Origin: an uncultured delta proteobacterium | GTDB lineage: Bacteria; Desulfobacterota; Binatia; UBA9968 | Length of the DNA: 64,000 nt | NCBI GenBank assembly: GCA_963804165.1 | Contig: CAWDPO010000012.1 | Coordinates: forward strand, 1-64,000 | Reading direction: 5' to 3' | In this document: positions 1 to 9,670 of the stretch, piece after piece | Position numbering within the stretch: the stretch's first letter is position 1 | Layout: the number at the start of each line of letters is the position of its first letter | Made by a program: the position numbers and the translations under genes | The notes under the pieces: model-generated | What the model saw: only the letters and a program-made list of their open reading frames with translations | Told to the model about the DNA's origin: nothing | Databases searched by the model: none

Positions 1-107
1 GGGACATTGTGCGCCAGGTTCAGGTCTCGCGTAAATCATCGTGACTTCGTGAATGGGAGTTGGAGACACACTTCTAATTCCAACACCCAAAGAGCGAGCA
101 CACTGCA

Positions 108-826
108 ATGCCGAATAAAAAACGTGAGCGCTTCTATTTAGAGCGACTGCGAGCCTGCTCTGTAGGTCTGCCCGACGAGGGGCCGCGTGACTCAGAATCG
201 CCTGACTTTCTGATCGGTACAGGCCCAACTTTAGGCGTGGAGTTTACGGAGTTTACCTGCCGCCTGGACCTGATGAGCGGCCTTATCAGGAAGTCCAGAG
301 CTTGCAAAAACAAGTTATGGCTATCGCCGAGACGGTCCATGCTTCGGCGGGCGGCCCCGCGCTGTACGTTCACGTCATATTCGGTCGACATGATCGATTG
401 ACTAAGCGCACAGTTCAGAGAATCGGAGAGGCCCTGGCTGAAACGATCCTTGCTTATCCCGTGCCGCGATTGATGGACAATGCAGGGGTCCTGATTCCCA
501 GCGTGCTTCTGCCAGAAGAGATCGCGCACGTTCGTGTGCACAGCAGCCTCGATGGCGTGGACCGCTTGTGGCAAGGTGGCAACGCGAGTTGGGTCGCTCC
601 GGTTACAGCCGCGCATATTCAGGCTGAGATCAACCGAAAGACGCCAAAGGTATTTATCGCTCGCCAAAAATGCGAGCAATTCTGGCTGGTCATCGTGCAG
701 GACCTTGGCACTGAGGCTCATGCATGCGAGCTGACAGAGGCGGCGCGGCATGCTTCATATCAGCACCCATTCGACAGGCTGCTCTGGCTTCAGCCTCACG
801 ATCCCTTGGCTATAGACCTCGCGTGA
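108..826 (+). pseudogene. Frameshifted PD-(D/E)xK-like (restriction-endonuclease-fold) protein
   Basis: ORF 108-401 has ESPDFLI...LGVEFTE. The reading continues in another frame (YLPPGPDERPYQEVQSLQKQ...) into ORF 302-826 if one T is added at gagttt|ac, ~250-255. Confidence 0.55.
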
Positions 827-865
827 TGCGCCGAGGGCGCAAGCGCGTCAATGGCGTCACCCCAC

Positions 866-955
866 GATTTTGTCTTTTTGTTTCGTATGCGAAAAACGCG
901 GCTCCTGCTGTAGACCCCTGACGGTCCATCCCCCTGGGCGGGCAGGTAGGCCGCC
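866..955 (+). repeat. ~90-bp direct repeat, copy 1
   Basis: Aligns with 1651-1741 (TTTTTGTTT..GTAYGCGAAAAAYGCGGCTC..TAGACCCCT..CCCCCTGGGC..GGTAGGCCGCC). Confidence 0.8.
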
Positions 956-977
956 ATCCGGCGTTCACCTTGGCGGA

Positions 978-1010
978 ATCGAACTGAAGCGTCGTTCAGT
1001 TCAATGCTAG
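978..1010 (+). repeat. Cassette-boundary site, right half (collapsed hairpin)
   Basis: ATCGAACTGAAGCGTCGTTCAGTTCAATGCTAG. Confidence 0.75.
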
Positions 1011-1030
1011 GTGATGAAATGAGCTTGTCT

Positions 1031-1354
1031 TTATTTTACCGGGATGAATACAAAGCGGCGCGGCTGGGCGCCTACGTCTCGCGACATATGACCCTGACCC
1101 GAAGTGTCCTCTGCCAGTAGAATATCGCCAGGACCGAAACGCCGCTTGGTACCATCGCCGATCTCGATCTCAGTTTCACCTGACAGGTTGATCACATACT
1201 GCCGTCTAGGTGCCCGATGCCATTGATTAACAGTGTCGGGGGTACCCTCGCGGAACACAATACCATCGCCGGGCTGGAGCTTGCCTGTCTCCACCTCGGC
1301 GTCATCGAAATGCGACTGGCCGTCCGCTCCGGTGTAGAGTCGCGTGACTTTCAT
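1031..1354 (-). CDS. Small cupin-fold protein
   Basis: MKVTRLYTGADGQSHF...WHRAPRRQYVINLSG...GDILLAEDTSGQGH; start moved to the ATG at 1354. Confidence 0.85.
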   Translation of the reverse strand: MKVTRLYTGADGQSHFDDAEVETGKLQPGDGIVFREGTPDTVNQWHRAPRRQYVINLSGETEIEIGDGTKRRFGPGDILLAEDTSGQGHMSRDVGAQPRRFVFIPVK

Positions 1355-1547
1355 GGTTCGGCTCTTATAGTAAACCCGACGCTTAATAACAAGGCATTTT
1401 TCAAACACTAATGTCCCGTTACAATTGAAAAGCGAATTGGGTAGATTTTCCTAGCCACTGAGCCGAAAAAGAAACGATTAAAGAACCGTGATCGCGAAAT
1501 TGAAAAATGACCGACCAGTTGATGGAGGAAAATCACGCGGCGATGCC

Positions 1548-1580
1548 AGGATTGAACTGAATTCTCCATCAACTTAATCC
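1548..1580 (+). repeat. Cassette-boundary site, left half
   Basis: AGGATTGAACTGAATTCTCCATCAACTTAATCC. Confidence 0.75.
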
Positions 1581-1650
1581 CAAGCGAGCTTCTTGCTATT
1601 CGCCTTTTGCCCATGAGCTGCAGCGGCTGTGATTACGACTACCGCAATAC

Positions 1651-1741
1651 GATCTCGCCTTTTTGTTTTTGTACGCGAAAAATGCGGCTCTAGGTATAGA
1701 CCCCTCACCCCCGTCCCCCCTGGGCCGGTGGGTAGGCCGCC
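1651..1741 (+). repeat. ~90-bp direct repeat, copy 2
   Basis: Aligns with 866-955. Confidence 0.8.
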
Positions 1742-1856
1742 TCTTGTTTTCGTCTCAGTGAGCGTAATCTCAAATTGTCATTCGTGACGGTCGCGCTTTG
1801 TCACTTTCGCCTTGAGTGACATGCGGATGACTCCCAGCAATTACTTCTAATTCTAT

Positions 1857-1939
1857 TGTATCATTCTGATACATGTGGCATCGGGCTTGCTCTCAGTTCG
1901 GTTAGAGCATTGCGCAGAGCAATGTATCACTTTGACACA
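1857..1939. promoter_or_regulatory. Two palindromic operators upstream of ardC
   Basis: TGTATCA-TTC-TGATACA (1857-1873) and TGTATCA-CTT-TGACACA (1923-1939, abutting the AAGGAG RBS). Confidence 0.7.
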
Positions 1940-1950
1940 AGGAGAAACTG

Positions 1951-2835
1951 ATGAGCAATCAAGTTTACGGTTACATCACAGACAGAATAATGGAGGAGTT
2001 AGAACGCGGCTGCGTCCCGTGGCACAAGCCGTGGAAAACGAGCGCGGATGGTGTCCGTGTGCCCACAAGTTTCGTAAGCAAGAGGCCATATCGGGGCGTC
2101 AATACGTTTCTGCTCGCGCTTGCTCGTTTCAAGGCAGGCTACGATTCAAACTACTGGCTCACCTTCAAGCAGATCGAAGCCTTAGGCGGAAGCATCAAAG
2201 GGCAGCGTAGCGAAATGGTTGTCTTCTGGAAGCTATTGGAGAAGCCAGCCGCGAAGCCTACGGCAGAAAACGATACCGACTATATCCCGATGCTTCGGTA
2301 TTACCGAGTATTTAACCTGGACCAAGTGACTGGAATTGCTAAGCAGGCAGCCGGTGAGTTGCCGGCCTTCCAGCCCATCGCCGAAGCTGAAGCTATCGAG
2401 ACGAAATACCAAGCGCAAGTTGCAGTCACACACGGCGGCACACGTGCCTATTATCAGCCATCCACCGACTCCATCAATATGCCCGAGCGTCAGACATTCG
2501 ATGGCGCGGCGGAATACTATTCGACACTGTTTCACGAGTTTACCCACAGCACCGGGCATGAGTCACGATTGAATCGCTCTGGCATTACCGAGACTCATTA
2601 CTTTGGGGATGAAATCTACAGCAAAGAGGAACTTGTTGCCGAAATGGGCGCAGCAATGCTTTGCGGTGTTGTAGGTATTGAAAACAAAACGATCAAGAAC
2701 AGCGCCAGCTACATTCAATCGTGGCTTTCAAAGCTCCGCGATGACAAGAAGCTCGTTGTCCACGCGGCAGCAGCAGCACAGAAAGCTGCTGATTTCATTC
2801 TCGGCAGTCAAGCGCAGGCCACGGAAGCGGATTAG
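1951..2835 (+). CDS. ardC: ArdC-like antirestriction ssDNA-binding protein with zincin-like metallopeptidase domain
   Basis: VPWHKPW, YRGVN, WLTFKQ, VFNLDQ, HEFTHSTGH (HExxH), YSKEELVAE. Confidence 0.9.
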   Translation: MSNQVYGYITDRIMEELERGCVPWHKPWKTSADGVRVPTSFVSKRPYRGVNTFLLALARFKAGYDSNYWLTFKQIEALGGSIKGQRSEMVVFWKLLEKPAAKPTAENDTDYIPMLRYYRVFNLDQVTGIAKQAAGELPAFQPIAEAEAIETKYQAQVAVTHGGTRAYYQPSTDSINMPERQTFDGAAEYYSTLFHEFTHSTGHESRLNRSGITETHYFGDEIYSKEELVAEMGAAMLCGVVGIENKTIKNSASYIQSWLSKLRDDKKLVVHAAAAAQKAADFILGSQAQATEAD

Positions 2836-2836
2836 C

Positions 2837-2866
2837 TTGCCCGAAGACGTATCAAACTGATACAAT
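2837..2866 (+). promoter_or_regulatory. Putative sigma70 promoter overlapped by a third operator
   Basis: TTGCCC-N18-TACAAT; GTATCA-AAC-TGATAC at 2849-2863. Confidence 0.55.
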
Positions 2867-2874
2867 CGGGCACT

Positions 2875-3051
2875 ATGGACAAAGATACCTTCCGCCGAAA
2901 GCGCGAGCGCCTTGGATTGACTCAAGAGCAACTCGCAAAACGACTAGGAAAGAGCCGGCCAAGTATCGCGAGATATGAGGCCGGCACAATACCGATACCA
3001 GCCGCTATTGAGAAACTTTTAAGGTTTGTTGAAGCCGAGGAAAGGAAATGA
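2875..3051 (+). CDS. XRE-family HTH regulator (58 aa, absent from the ORF track)
   Basis: Manual translation MDKDTFRRKRERLGLTQEQLAKRLGKSRPSIARYEAGTIPIPAAIEKLLRFVEAEERK*. Confidence 0.85.
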   Translation: MDKDTFRRKRERLGLTQEQLAKRLGKSRPSIARYEAGTIPIPAAIEKLLRFVEAEERK

Positions 3052-3233
3052 TCGAGCCCTCAAAAAGACACGCTTGCCGACACCCCTGAAAAACTGCTCT
3101 CTGAAACAGACAAATCACGGAGTGAAATGCAGGTATGAGAAACCTACAATGACAGTCACAACTCAGTCACAGGGTCTGAGATTAGACCGTGAGCACTGAC
3201 AGTTACAGGGCGGACGCTAGATTTGCAATGTAA

Positions 3234-3250
3234 CGTCGATCAGTTCAATC
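3234..3250 (+). repeat. Cassette-boundary site, right half
   Basis: CGTCGATCAGTTCAATC, identical to the 3' part of 58046-58119. Confidence 0.7.
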
Positions 3251-3339
3251 ACCAAAACTCGGACATTTCACAGACAGCTATTGTGCCTCGTAAATAGCGC
3301 TTTCTTTGCTTCCGTCCGCGTGATAAATAACGCCCCGAA

Positions 3340-4329
3340 ATGAGGCGACCATTGAGGAAAACTGCGCTGGTATCAATCCTGTTTGCAGGAGCATTTCTCG
3401 CCGCTGCAGTCACCGTCGAGGCGCAGCAGCCGAAGGTCCACCGAGTCGGTGTCATTACGGCAGGCGGCTCATGGTTCGAGACAATTGACGGGCTTCGGGT
3501 CGGACTCAAGAAGTTGGGGCTTGAAGAGACGAAACATTTTACTCTGGTAATCCGAGATACCAAGGGCAACGCAAAGGCGGCCGAGGAGGCGGCGAAGAAT
3601 CTCGAACAAGAGAAAGTCAACCTGATCTATACAACTCAAACCTCCATCACCGTCCTAGCAAAGCGGGCGACGGCAGACATTCCCATCGTTTTCTGTGCTG
3701 GAGCCGACCCGGTTGATCTCGGGCTAGTGGAGAGCTTCGCAAGACCGGGGGGAAGACTTACAGGCGTCTTCAACCGGGTCACCGATCTGACTGGGAAGCG
3801 TCTGGAAATTCTGAAAGAGATTGTCCCAAAGCTCCGCCGCGTAGTGACATTCTATAACCCCAGTAGTCCTGTTTCTGCCGAGTCCGCCAAGTTGGTTCGA
3901 GAGACTGCGGGACAGATGGGAATCCAGTTTGTCGAGCGCCATGTCGCTTCCGTCGAGGAACTTCAGGCGAGTCTGCGAGCGCTCAGGGCCGGGGAAGTCG
4001 ATGCCGTCTTTGAAGTGTCAGACGCCCTGGTGAATATCCAGGATCAATTGATCATCGACATGGCAAGGGGCAAGAGGTTGGCGACGATGTTTATCAGCCA
4101 CAGTTCTGTCGTCAACGGAGGTCTCGCCAGCTACAGCGTGAGCCGCCACGAAATCGGCCGTCTGTCGGCGAAGTACGTCCAGCGCATTCTTACTGGAGTT
4201 AAGCCTAAGGACTTGCCGGTAGAGGGGGTCGATAAGATCGATCTGATCATCAATCTGAAAACCGCGAAGCAGATCGGTCTGACGATTCCGCAGAAGGTGC
4301 TGGGGCGGGCGGATAAGGTGATCAAATAA
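3340..4329 (+). CDS. ABC transporter substrate-binding protein (ABC_sub_bind type)
   Basis: Signal peptide, DPVDLGLVESFARPGGRLTG, GKRLEILKE, INLKTAKQIGLTIP..VL.RADKVIK. Confidence 0.9.
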   Translation: MRRPLRKTALVSILFAGAFLAAAVTVEAQQPKVHRVGVITAGGSWFETIDGLRVGLKKLGLEETKHFTLVIRDTKGNAKAAEEAAKNLEQEKVNLIYTTQTSITVLAKRATADIPIVFCAGADPVDLGLVESFARPGGRLTGVFNRVTDLTGKRLEILKEIVPKLRRVVTFYNPSSPVSAESAKLVRETAGQMGIQFVERHVASVEELQASLRALRAGEVDAVFEVSDALVNIQDQLIIDMARGKRLATMFISHSSVVNGGLASYSVSRHEIGRLSAKYVQRILTGVKPKDLPVEGVDKIDLIINLKTAKQIGLTIPQKVLGRADKVIK

Positions 4330-4497
4330 ACGCCCATTGGCCGCCTGGTCCCAGTATTGCTCTACCTAAGGATCAAGGGTACGTAAGCGGTTGTGACCAA
4401 GTTGCGACCATTATTTACATTCTTTGGTGCTGATGTTATAGAACAGGCGAAAAACAAAACCCGGTAGATCACGGACATAACGCAGTTTTCCTCTCGT

Positions 4498-4545
<48 letters not shown>

Positions 4546-4607
4546 CGCTTATCTTCTGTCTTAAAGTGATTATCCTTACACTCTCCTCGTCGAATTCAGC
4601 GTTGCGC

Positions 4608-4630
4608 CAGGATTGAACGATTTCTCCGTC
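4608..4630 (+). repeat. Cassette-boundary site, left half (degenerate)
   Basis: CAGGATTGAACGATTTCTCCGTC. Confidence 0.55.
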
Positions 4631-5098
4631 TGTTCTTTTCTAACGCTTTTCACATTCTCGTTCTAACGCATCGCGCATCGGCTAGCTACCTAGTTCGCTC
4701 AACGTTGATTCTGTCACTTGTCGCGCGAGTGGAAGCATATACTGCCGAAACCACATTTCGGGTAGCATAAGCTTGCCTAAAATAACTCGTTAAATAACAT
4801 TCGGGCTCAACGCGGTGTTATCACAATTGAACGGTTCCCTAAGACGAAATGATTTCAAGCACTTCCAGAGTTGAGTGCGAAATGGCAAGACTATGGGTAA
4901 AGTTACAAATCTGAATTTACCTTTTGCCCAAGCTCATCGAGGATCTCGATTCTCACGGTAGTCTTGCGGATCTCCGCCTTTGGCGACCGTGTGTCAATCT
5001 GTCAAGCCAGACACGACGCCCCACGCACGGCGCTCACGGCGCTTTCGGCCTGCATGCGCCAGGCGCTGAGCTTGGCGAGAAGCAAGTGAGGTGAGTTT

Positions 5099-5260
5099 CT
5101 AGCTTATGAACCAAACCAGCAGTTCGAGAAGAAGACCGGCGATCAGGAATGCCAGCCCGAGCACCGAAACACTTCCACGGACAAGACTCCAAATCAAAAA
5201 CAGTACGCCCGCCACAAGGGCGCCATAGGCGACCAAATTAATCCACTCCAACCATGCCAC
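5099..5260 (-). CDS. Small two-TM membrane protein (53 aa), paralog of 47755-47961
   Basis: Manual translation from GTG: VAWLEWINLVAYGALVAGVLFLIWSLVRGSVSVLGLAFLIAGLLLELLVWFIS*. Confidence 0.55.
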   Translation of the reverse strand: MAWLEWINLVAYGALVAGVLFLIWSLVRGSVSVLGLAFLIAGLLLELLVWFIS

Positions 5261-5454
5261 GGTTAGGCAATTTATCGCAGGTCACTTGCTTAGAGCAACA
5301 AAAATTTCAGAGGCAAAGTGAGGTGATTAAGGGACCATCCCTTAACGGGAGGGTCATGGTCAATCCTGTCTCAGTCGCCCCCCTCTTCGTGCTCGTAACG
5401 CGCAATGATAGCGTAAAGCACCCCCGATCTCTTAACTTTTTCAGTCCTGATTTC

Positions 5455-5510
5455 CTAAACGATTTGAACCAGGCGAAGCGGTTGAACGTTTGGAACCATT
5501 GGAACGGGCT
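5455..5510 (+). repeat. TTGAAC/TGGAAC repeat tract
   Basis: 9-mer periodic GAAC units. Confidence 0.75.
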
Positions 5511-5870
5511 TCGGCTTGCGTGAGAGCGTACATTCCACCGCAAAAAATGCACCTAAGCCCTCAAAATCATGCCTTTCTACAACCTCTTACCGCTGAATCA
5601 ATAGGTTGTGCTAGTCCGAACCAGAGGCTTGAAGGACGATTTCGTATGCTGGACTAAACTTTTTTCAGCAGGGTCTACCGGCACCCGTTTGACCATGGAA
5701 CATGACCGTTTGCTGCTTCGAGGAGCCTACTGCTGGATACGGTCAACGTATTTCCAAATCCGAGAGAGAAAAGATGGTGCGAAAAACTTAATTGTGTGGT
5801 TTACGACACAAAATGGCGACATGAACTAAAATTTAATTTTGTTGACACTCAATAGGAAGCAGCGTCCAAT

Positions 5871-6188
5871 GTGTCTGTGACCCTTCGCGACCATCCACTG
5901 ATGAAGCGAAAGAGCGGTTATTGCAGTTGGCCGCCAGAATGGACAACGACGCGCTTAGATCCTAACGATAAACCCATTGGTGAAATTGGCATCCTTCAGC
6001 AAGTATTAACGAACTATCTCCTCACGGCCAGGATATTTTTGTTCATTGATTATCAAGGCCATCGATACATGGGTGCAATGCATTTTGACGATCCCAAATT
6101 TTGCGACGCGATTTATAGCGTCCTAAAATCCCACATAGGATACTCTCTAAAACAAATAGGCGATCTAGATTTAGCGCACACGCTCTAG
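5871..6188 (+). CDS. Hypothetical protein (LRDHPLM...WPPxW family)
   Basis: Paralogous to the N-terminal part of 38786-39295. Confidence 0.7.
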   Translation: MSVTLRDHPLMKRKSGYCSWPPEWTTTRLDPNDKPIGEIGILQQVLTNYLLTARIFLFIDYQGHRYMGAMHFDDPKFCDAIYSVLKSHIGYSLKQIGDLDLAHTL

Positions 6189-6894
6189 CCGTTATCGTGG
6201 AGAGCTTTCGCAGGCGGCGTAAAGATCAAACCTAGCTTGGACTACCGTTTGATGCGGAATCTCAAGAAAGGACGTTCACGGTTAATTATGCTCGCTTTTT
6301 TGTGGAGAGAATTTAGGCAATTCGCTGAGACACGCGTCTATTGCCACTTTGCCACGCCACTGAGGGGAGTTTTCAAGAACTTATCAACAGATATTGTGGA
6401 CAAATCTTATTTCTGCGTTCTACCAGACTGAGATGACGGTCAACCACTGCGCGTTAATTCCGTTTCACGACGACAGTTTCTTTTGAATTTATTTAATACT
6501 AGACATCGTGATCGCCAGGTATATCGTAATTTCTCGACTCTGATACCCACGATTGAAACCGAAGGCGAAATCATGAAACCGCTCAGATCAGCACGACTGG
6601 CAATTAGATTGCCCTCCTGTTTGGCCAAGCGATGATGATCAGGTCCTGCAATGCGACAACGCCTACTTGTGGAACGCCCAAGTACGCCGCGATCTGATTA
6701 AGCCGATCGCCCTGTTCATTAGGCCACGGCAATCGCTTTTTCTCCCCTTCTCCCAAAGATTTGCTCCAGCGACGGCTTCGCAAGTTGATCTGATCCTTGA
6801 GATCATCCCACGGGCGACTCGCCATTGCCTCCCTGACAAACTCCCGGTACTGCTGCTGCGCTCGTAACCGGCCCCTCCCAACTGCTCGAGAGTT

Positions 6895-7005
6895 TGGAAA
6901 TTATCCCGCTCATGGTGAGCCTTGTCTGTCCTGAGGCCCTCGAAGGATCGAACCATTGAACCTTGAACCGCCGTCATGCCCGAACCTTGAGCATTGAACG
7001 GCGCA
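6895..7005 (+). repeat. TTGAAC mosaic tract
   Basis: CATGGTGAGC...TCGAACCATTGAACCTTGAACC modules. Confidence 0.7.
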
Positions 7006-7066
7006 GCCGTAGCGTAGCGATTTGCACGTCGCAAACTCGGGCCGAACATGAAACAATCTCCAGCTC

Positions 7067-8152
7067 ATGCGCATCATCGTGCACGTCGATATGGACGCGT
7101 TTTATGCCGCGGTCGAGGAGCGTCTCAATCCCGCGCTGCGAGATCTTCCCGTTGTCGTCGGTGCCGACCCAAAGGAAGGCAAAGGCCGGGGCGTCGTCAC
7201 AACCGCCAATTACAGGGCACGAAAATTCGGCATCCGCTCGGCTCTGCCGATTTCACGAGCGTGGCGCTTTGCCGAAACGGCGCACGGACGCGGTGAACCA
7301 GCGACCGTCTTTATTCAGCCTAATATGCCTCTCTATCGCGAAGTCTCCGGTCGCATCATGCAGATCATGCAGCGCCACGCTGACGCGTTCGAGGAAGCGA
7401 GCATCGACGAAGCCTATCTCGACGTCTCCTCGCTGGAAAATTTCGCCGCCGCGCGGCAACAAATGACGCGGCTCAAGGGTGAGATCCGCGACCTCGAAGG
7501 ACTCGGCTGTTCGGTCGGCATCGCTCCCAACAAGCTGATCGCAAAGATCGCTTCGGACCGACAAAAGCCGGATGGGTTGACCGTCATCGAGCCCGAGCAG
7601 GTCACCGATTTTCTCAGTCCACTACCCCTTCGGGTCATTCCCGGGATCGGGCCCAAGAGCGAACACTTTCTTCACGAAAAAAATCTGCGGACCGTCGAGG
7701 ACCTGCGCCGAGTTCCGGAGTCCGCACTCGTGGAGTGGTTTGGTAAATGGGGCAAGCGCCTGTTCGAAAAAGTCCGCGGCATCGATGACTCCGAAGTGTC
7801 CAACGAATGGACGCGAAAATCCCTCGGCGAGCAGGAAACTTTCGACGAAGATACGCGCGATCAGGCCCTCGTCACCGACCGTCTCGATCGTATGGCGGAA
7901 CGGATTATTGCCAAGCTGAAGGCAAAGGAGTTCAAGGGCTTTCGCACGGTGACAGTGACCGTTCGGTTCAGCGATTTTCAAACCAGTAATCGCTCCCGCA
8001 GCCTGAAGGACGGTATCCGCATCGACGACGACGCCTTGCGCCGGCTCCAAGATGCCGCGTTGTCGCTGATCCTGCCTTTTTTCGACGCCCGCGAGAACCC
8101 GCGCGCAAAGCCATTCCGTCTGATCGGCCTGCGCGCGGAGAAACTTCTTTGA
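7067..8152 (+). CDS. dinB: DNA polymerase IV
   Basis: HVDMDAFYAAVE, NYRARKFGI, SIDEAYLD, KIASDRQKPDG, IPGIG. Confidence 0.95.
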   Translation: MRIIVHVDMDAFYAAVEERLNPALRDLPVVVGADPKEGKGRGVVTTANYRARKFGIRSALPISRAWRFAETAHGRGEPATVFIQPNMPLYREVSGRIMQIMQRHADAFEEASIDEAYLDVSSLENFAAARQQMTRLKGEIRDLEGLGCSVGIAPNKLIAKIASDRQKPDGLTVIEPEQVTDFLSPLPLRVIPGIGPKSEHFLHEKNLRTVEDLRRVPESALVEWFGKWGKRLFEKVRGIDDSEVSNEWTRKSLGEQETFDEDTRDQALVTDRLDRMAERIIAKLKAKEFKGFRTVTVTVRFSDFQTSNRSRSLKDGIRIDDDALRRLQDAALSLILPFFDARENPRAKPFRLIGLRAEKLL

Positions 8153-8262
8153 ACGCTCGAATCACGCGACCAATTCCAGAAACGTGGAAGCTCCCTTCCG
8201 ATTCTGACCTTGAACTTTTGAACGATTGAACCTTGAACCGCCGTCAAGCCGAACCTTGAACC
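8153..8262 (+). repeat. TTGAAC mosaic tract with degenerate boundary palindrome
   Basis: AATTCCAGAAACGTGGAAG followed by TTGAAC heptamers. Confidence 0.7.
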
Positions 8263-8287
8263 TGTCGGCATGCGCGAATGCCGGCGA

Positions 8288-9142
8288 CTAAACGAAAATG
8301 ATGGCGAGGCTCACCCAAACACCGGCGCTGAAATAGAGACTCATCCAAAGCACCTCTTTTCGCCAGTCCTCACGTGCCTGAGTCACCCGACGGCGCACGA
8401 CAGCGTCTTTCAAGCCCTCGACAACCCGGAGATAACGCAAGCCGTCGCGTTTACCGCTCCGCCAGCGCGTAATATAAAGCGGGATATCCACCGTCAGTAT
8501 CAGGACCGCTGCCCCGGCACAGGCGATCAAACCGATCGTCACCCACATCGGCACAGCCTCAGCCGTGTGTCTCCAATAGAGCAGCAAACCGGCCGCAACC
8601 AGACCGACCATTATCGACCACAACAGTTCCTCGACTGCATGCCAGATGTGATTGAGCGTGGCAACGGCGAACCAGCACGCCAGTTCCGCCACGACGATGA
8701 TCGGCAGCACGGCTAGGCCGATCGCGCCAATAACCGCAGAGCCGGTCAGCGCCGACAGCTTAAACAGCAAGAGCGCGCACTGCCACGCGAAACACAGCTC
8801 GGCAACCGTGGCAACGGTCCTACCCACAATAACCGAGGAGAGCGGAACGTCCCAAAAACACATCCGCTCCAAATCTACCCTCGGAAGAAGCGATCGAAAC
8901 GCGCAGGCTGCAACGAAGAGACCGGACAGGGCGAGCTGTTTGGATCGATAGCCATCGGACTCCCACAGTAGCCCCTGGGCAGCGAGGCTCCACAAGACGA
9001 TATTCCCAACCGAAACGGCGCAGAATAGTTGCCAGCAGCGAAACGTCAGCCTGTCCGGAATTATTGCTGTCGTCTCTTTAAGGGCGCCGAGTCGATCGTG
9101 GCCTTGTGGATTTTTTCGGCGCAGGTCGTTCACGTATTCCAT
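8288..9142 (-). CDS. Hypothetical integral membrane protein
   Basis: About seven hydrophobic segments; CAFRS, GRTVATVAE, EE.LW motifs. Confidence 0.75.
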   Translation of the reverse strand: MEYVNDLRRKNPQGHDRLGALKETTAIIPDRLTFRCWQLFCAVSVGNIVLWSLAAQGLLWESDGYRSKQLALSGLFVAACAFRSLLPRVDLERMCFWDVPLSSVIVGRTVATVAELCFAWQCALLLFKLSALTGSAVIGAIGLAVLPIIVVAELACWFAVATLNHIWHAVEELLWSIMVGLVAAGLLLYWRHTAEAVPMWVTIGLIACAGAAVLILTVDIPLYITRWRSGKRDGLRYLRVVEGLKDAVVRRRVTQAREDWRKEVLWMSLYFSAGVWVSLAIIFV

Positions 9143-9344
9143 AAAGTTAATAGCTCCGTCTCGAAATCAGCAAAATACACCAGTAATTGATATTTAACAC
9201 TATCGTAACTAAAAATAATCGCGATTTAACACTATCTTAACCAAGGTCAATCACCCGGTTCGAAGCACTTTATCGTGATCTCAGCGGGGATTTGCCAAAC
9301 AAGCGCAAAAACGCCCCCTAGAAACGACCGTTGGCGGAGCGCCC

Positions 9345-9640
9345 TGGAACGTTTGGAACCGGCGTTAACCTGTTTAACGGCTTGAACAGTGTGAACGAGC
9401 TCAGAAGTTTTGAACCTTGAACCGTTGAACAACCATGTGTCTGCAACGTTTGGAACGTAGCGAAGCGGTGAAACGACTGGAACGATTGGAACCATTGGAA
9501 CGGATGGAACGCCTGAGAATCTGCCCTTGAACTTTTGAACCTTGAACTTTGAACGAGGTTAATCCACTTAATGGATTGAACGGCTTGAACGATTTGAACG
9601 AGCTCAGAAGTTATTGAACGACTTGAACGTTTGGAACGGG
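9345..9640 (+). repeat. TTGAAC mosaic tract
   Basis: Dense 7- and 9-mer GAAC units; shares modules with 11150-11250 and 31973-32080. Confidence 0.85.
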
Positions 9641-9670
9641 CCGCAGTATTCGTTAGCGTCGCGGCTATTT

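Noticed and set aside
6381-6403. Inverted DnaA-box-like pair (TTATCAACA / TGTGGACAA) as an origin
   Set aside because: Only two imperfect boxes and no dnaA or rep context.
6604-6825. HTH-like fragment LNQIAAYLGV
   Set aside because: Possibly a transposase tail remnant, but too short and degenerate to call.
6895-7066. LexA boxes upstream of dinB
   Set aside because: GAAC spacing is mostly 7 or 9, not GAAC-N4-GTTC or GTTC-N7-GTTC, and the same repeats occur throughout the window.
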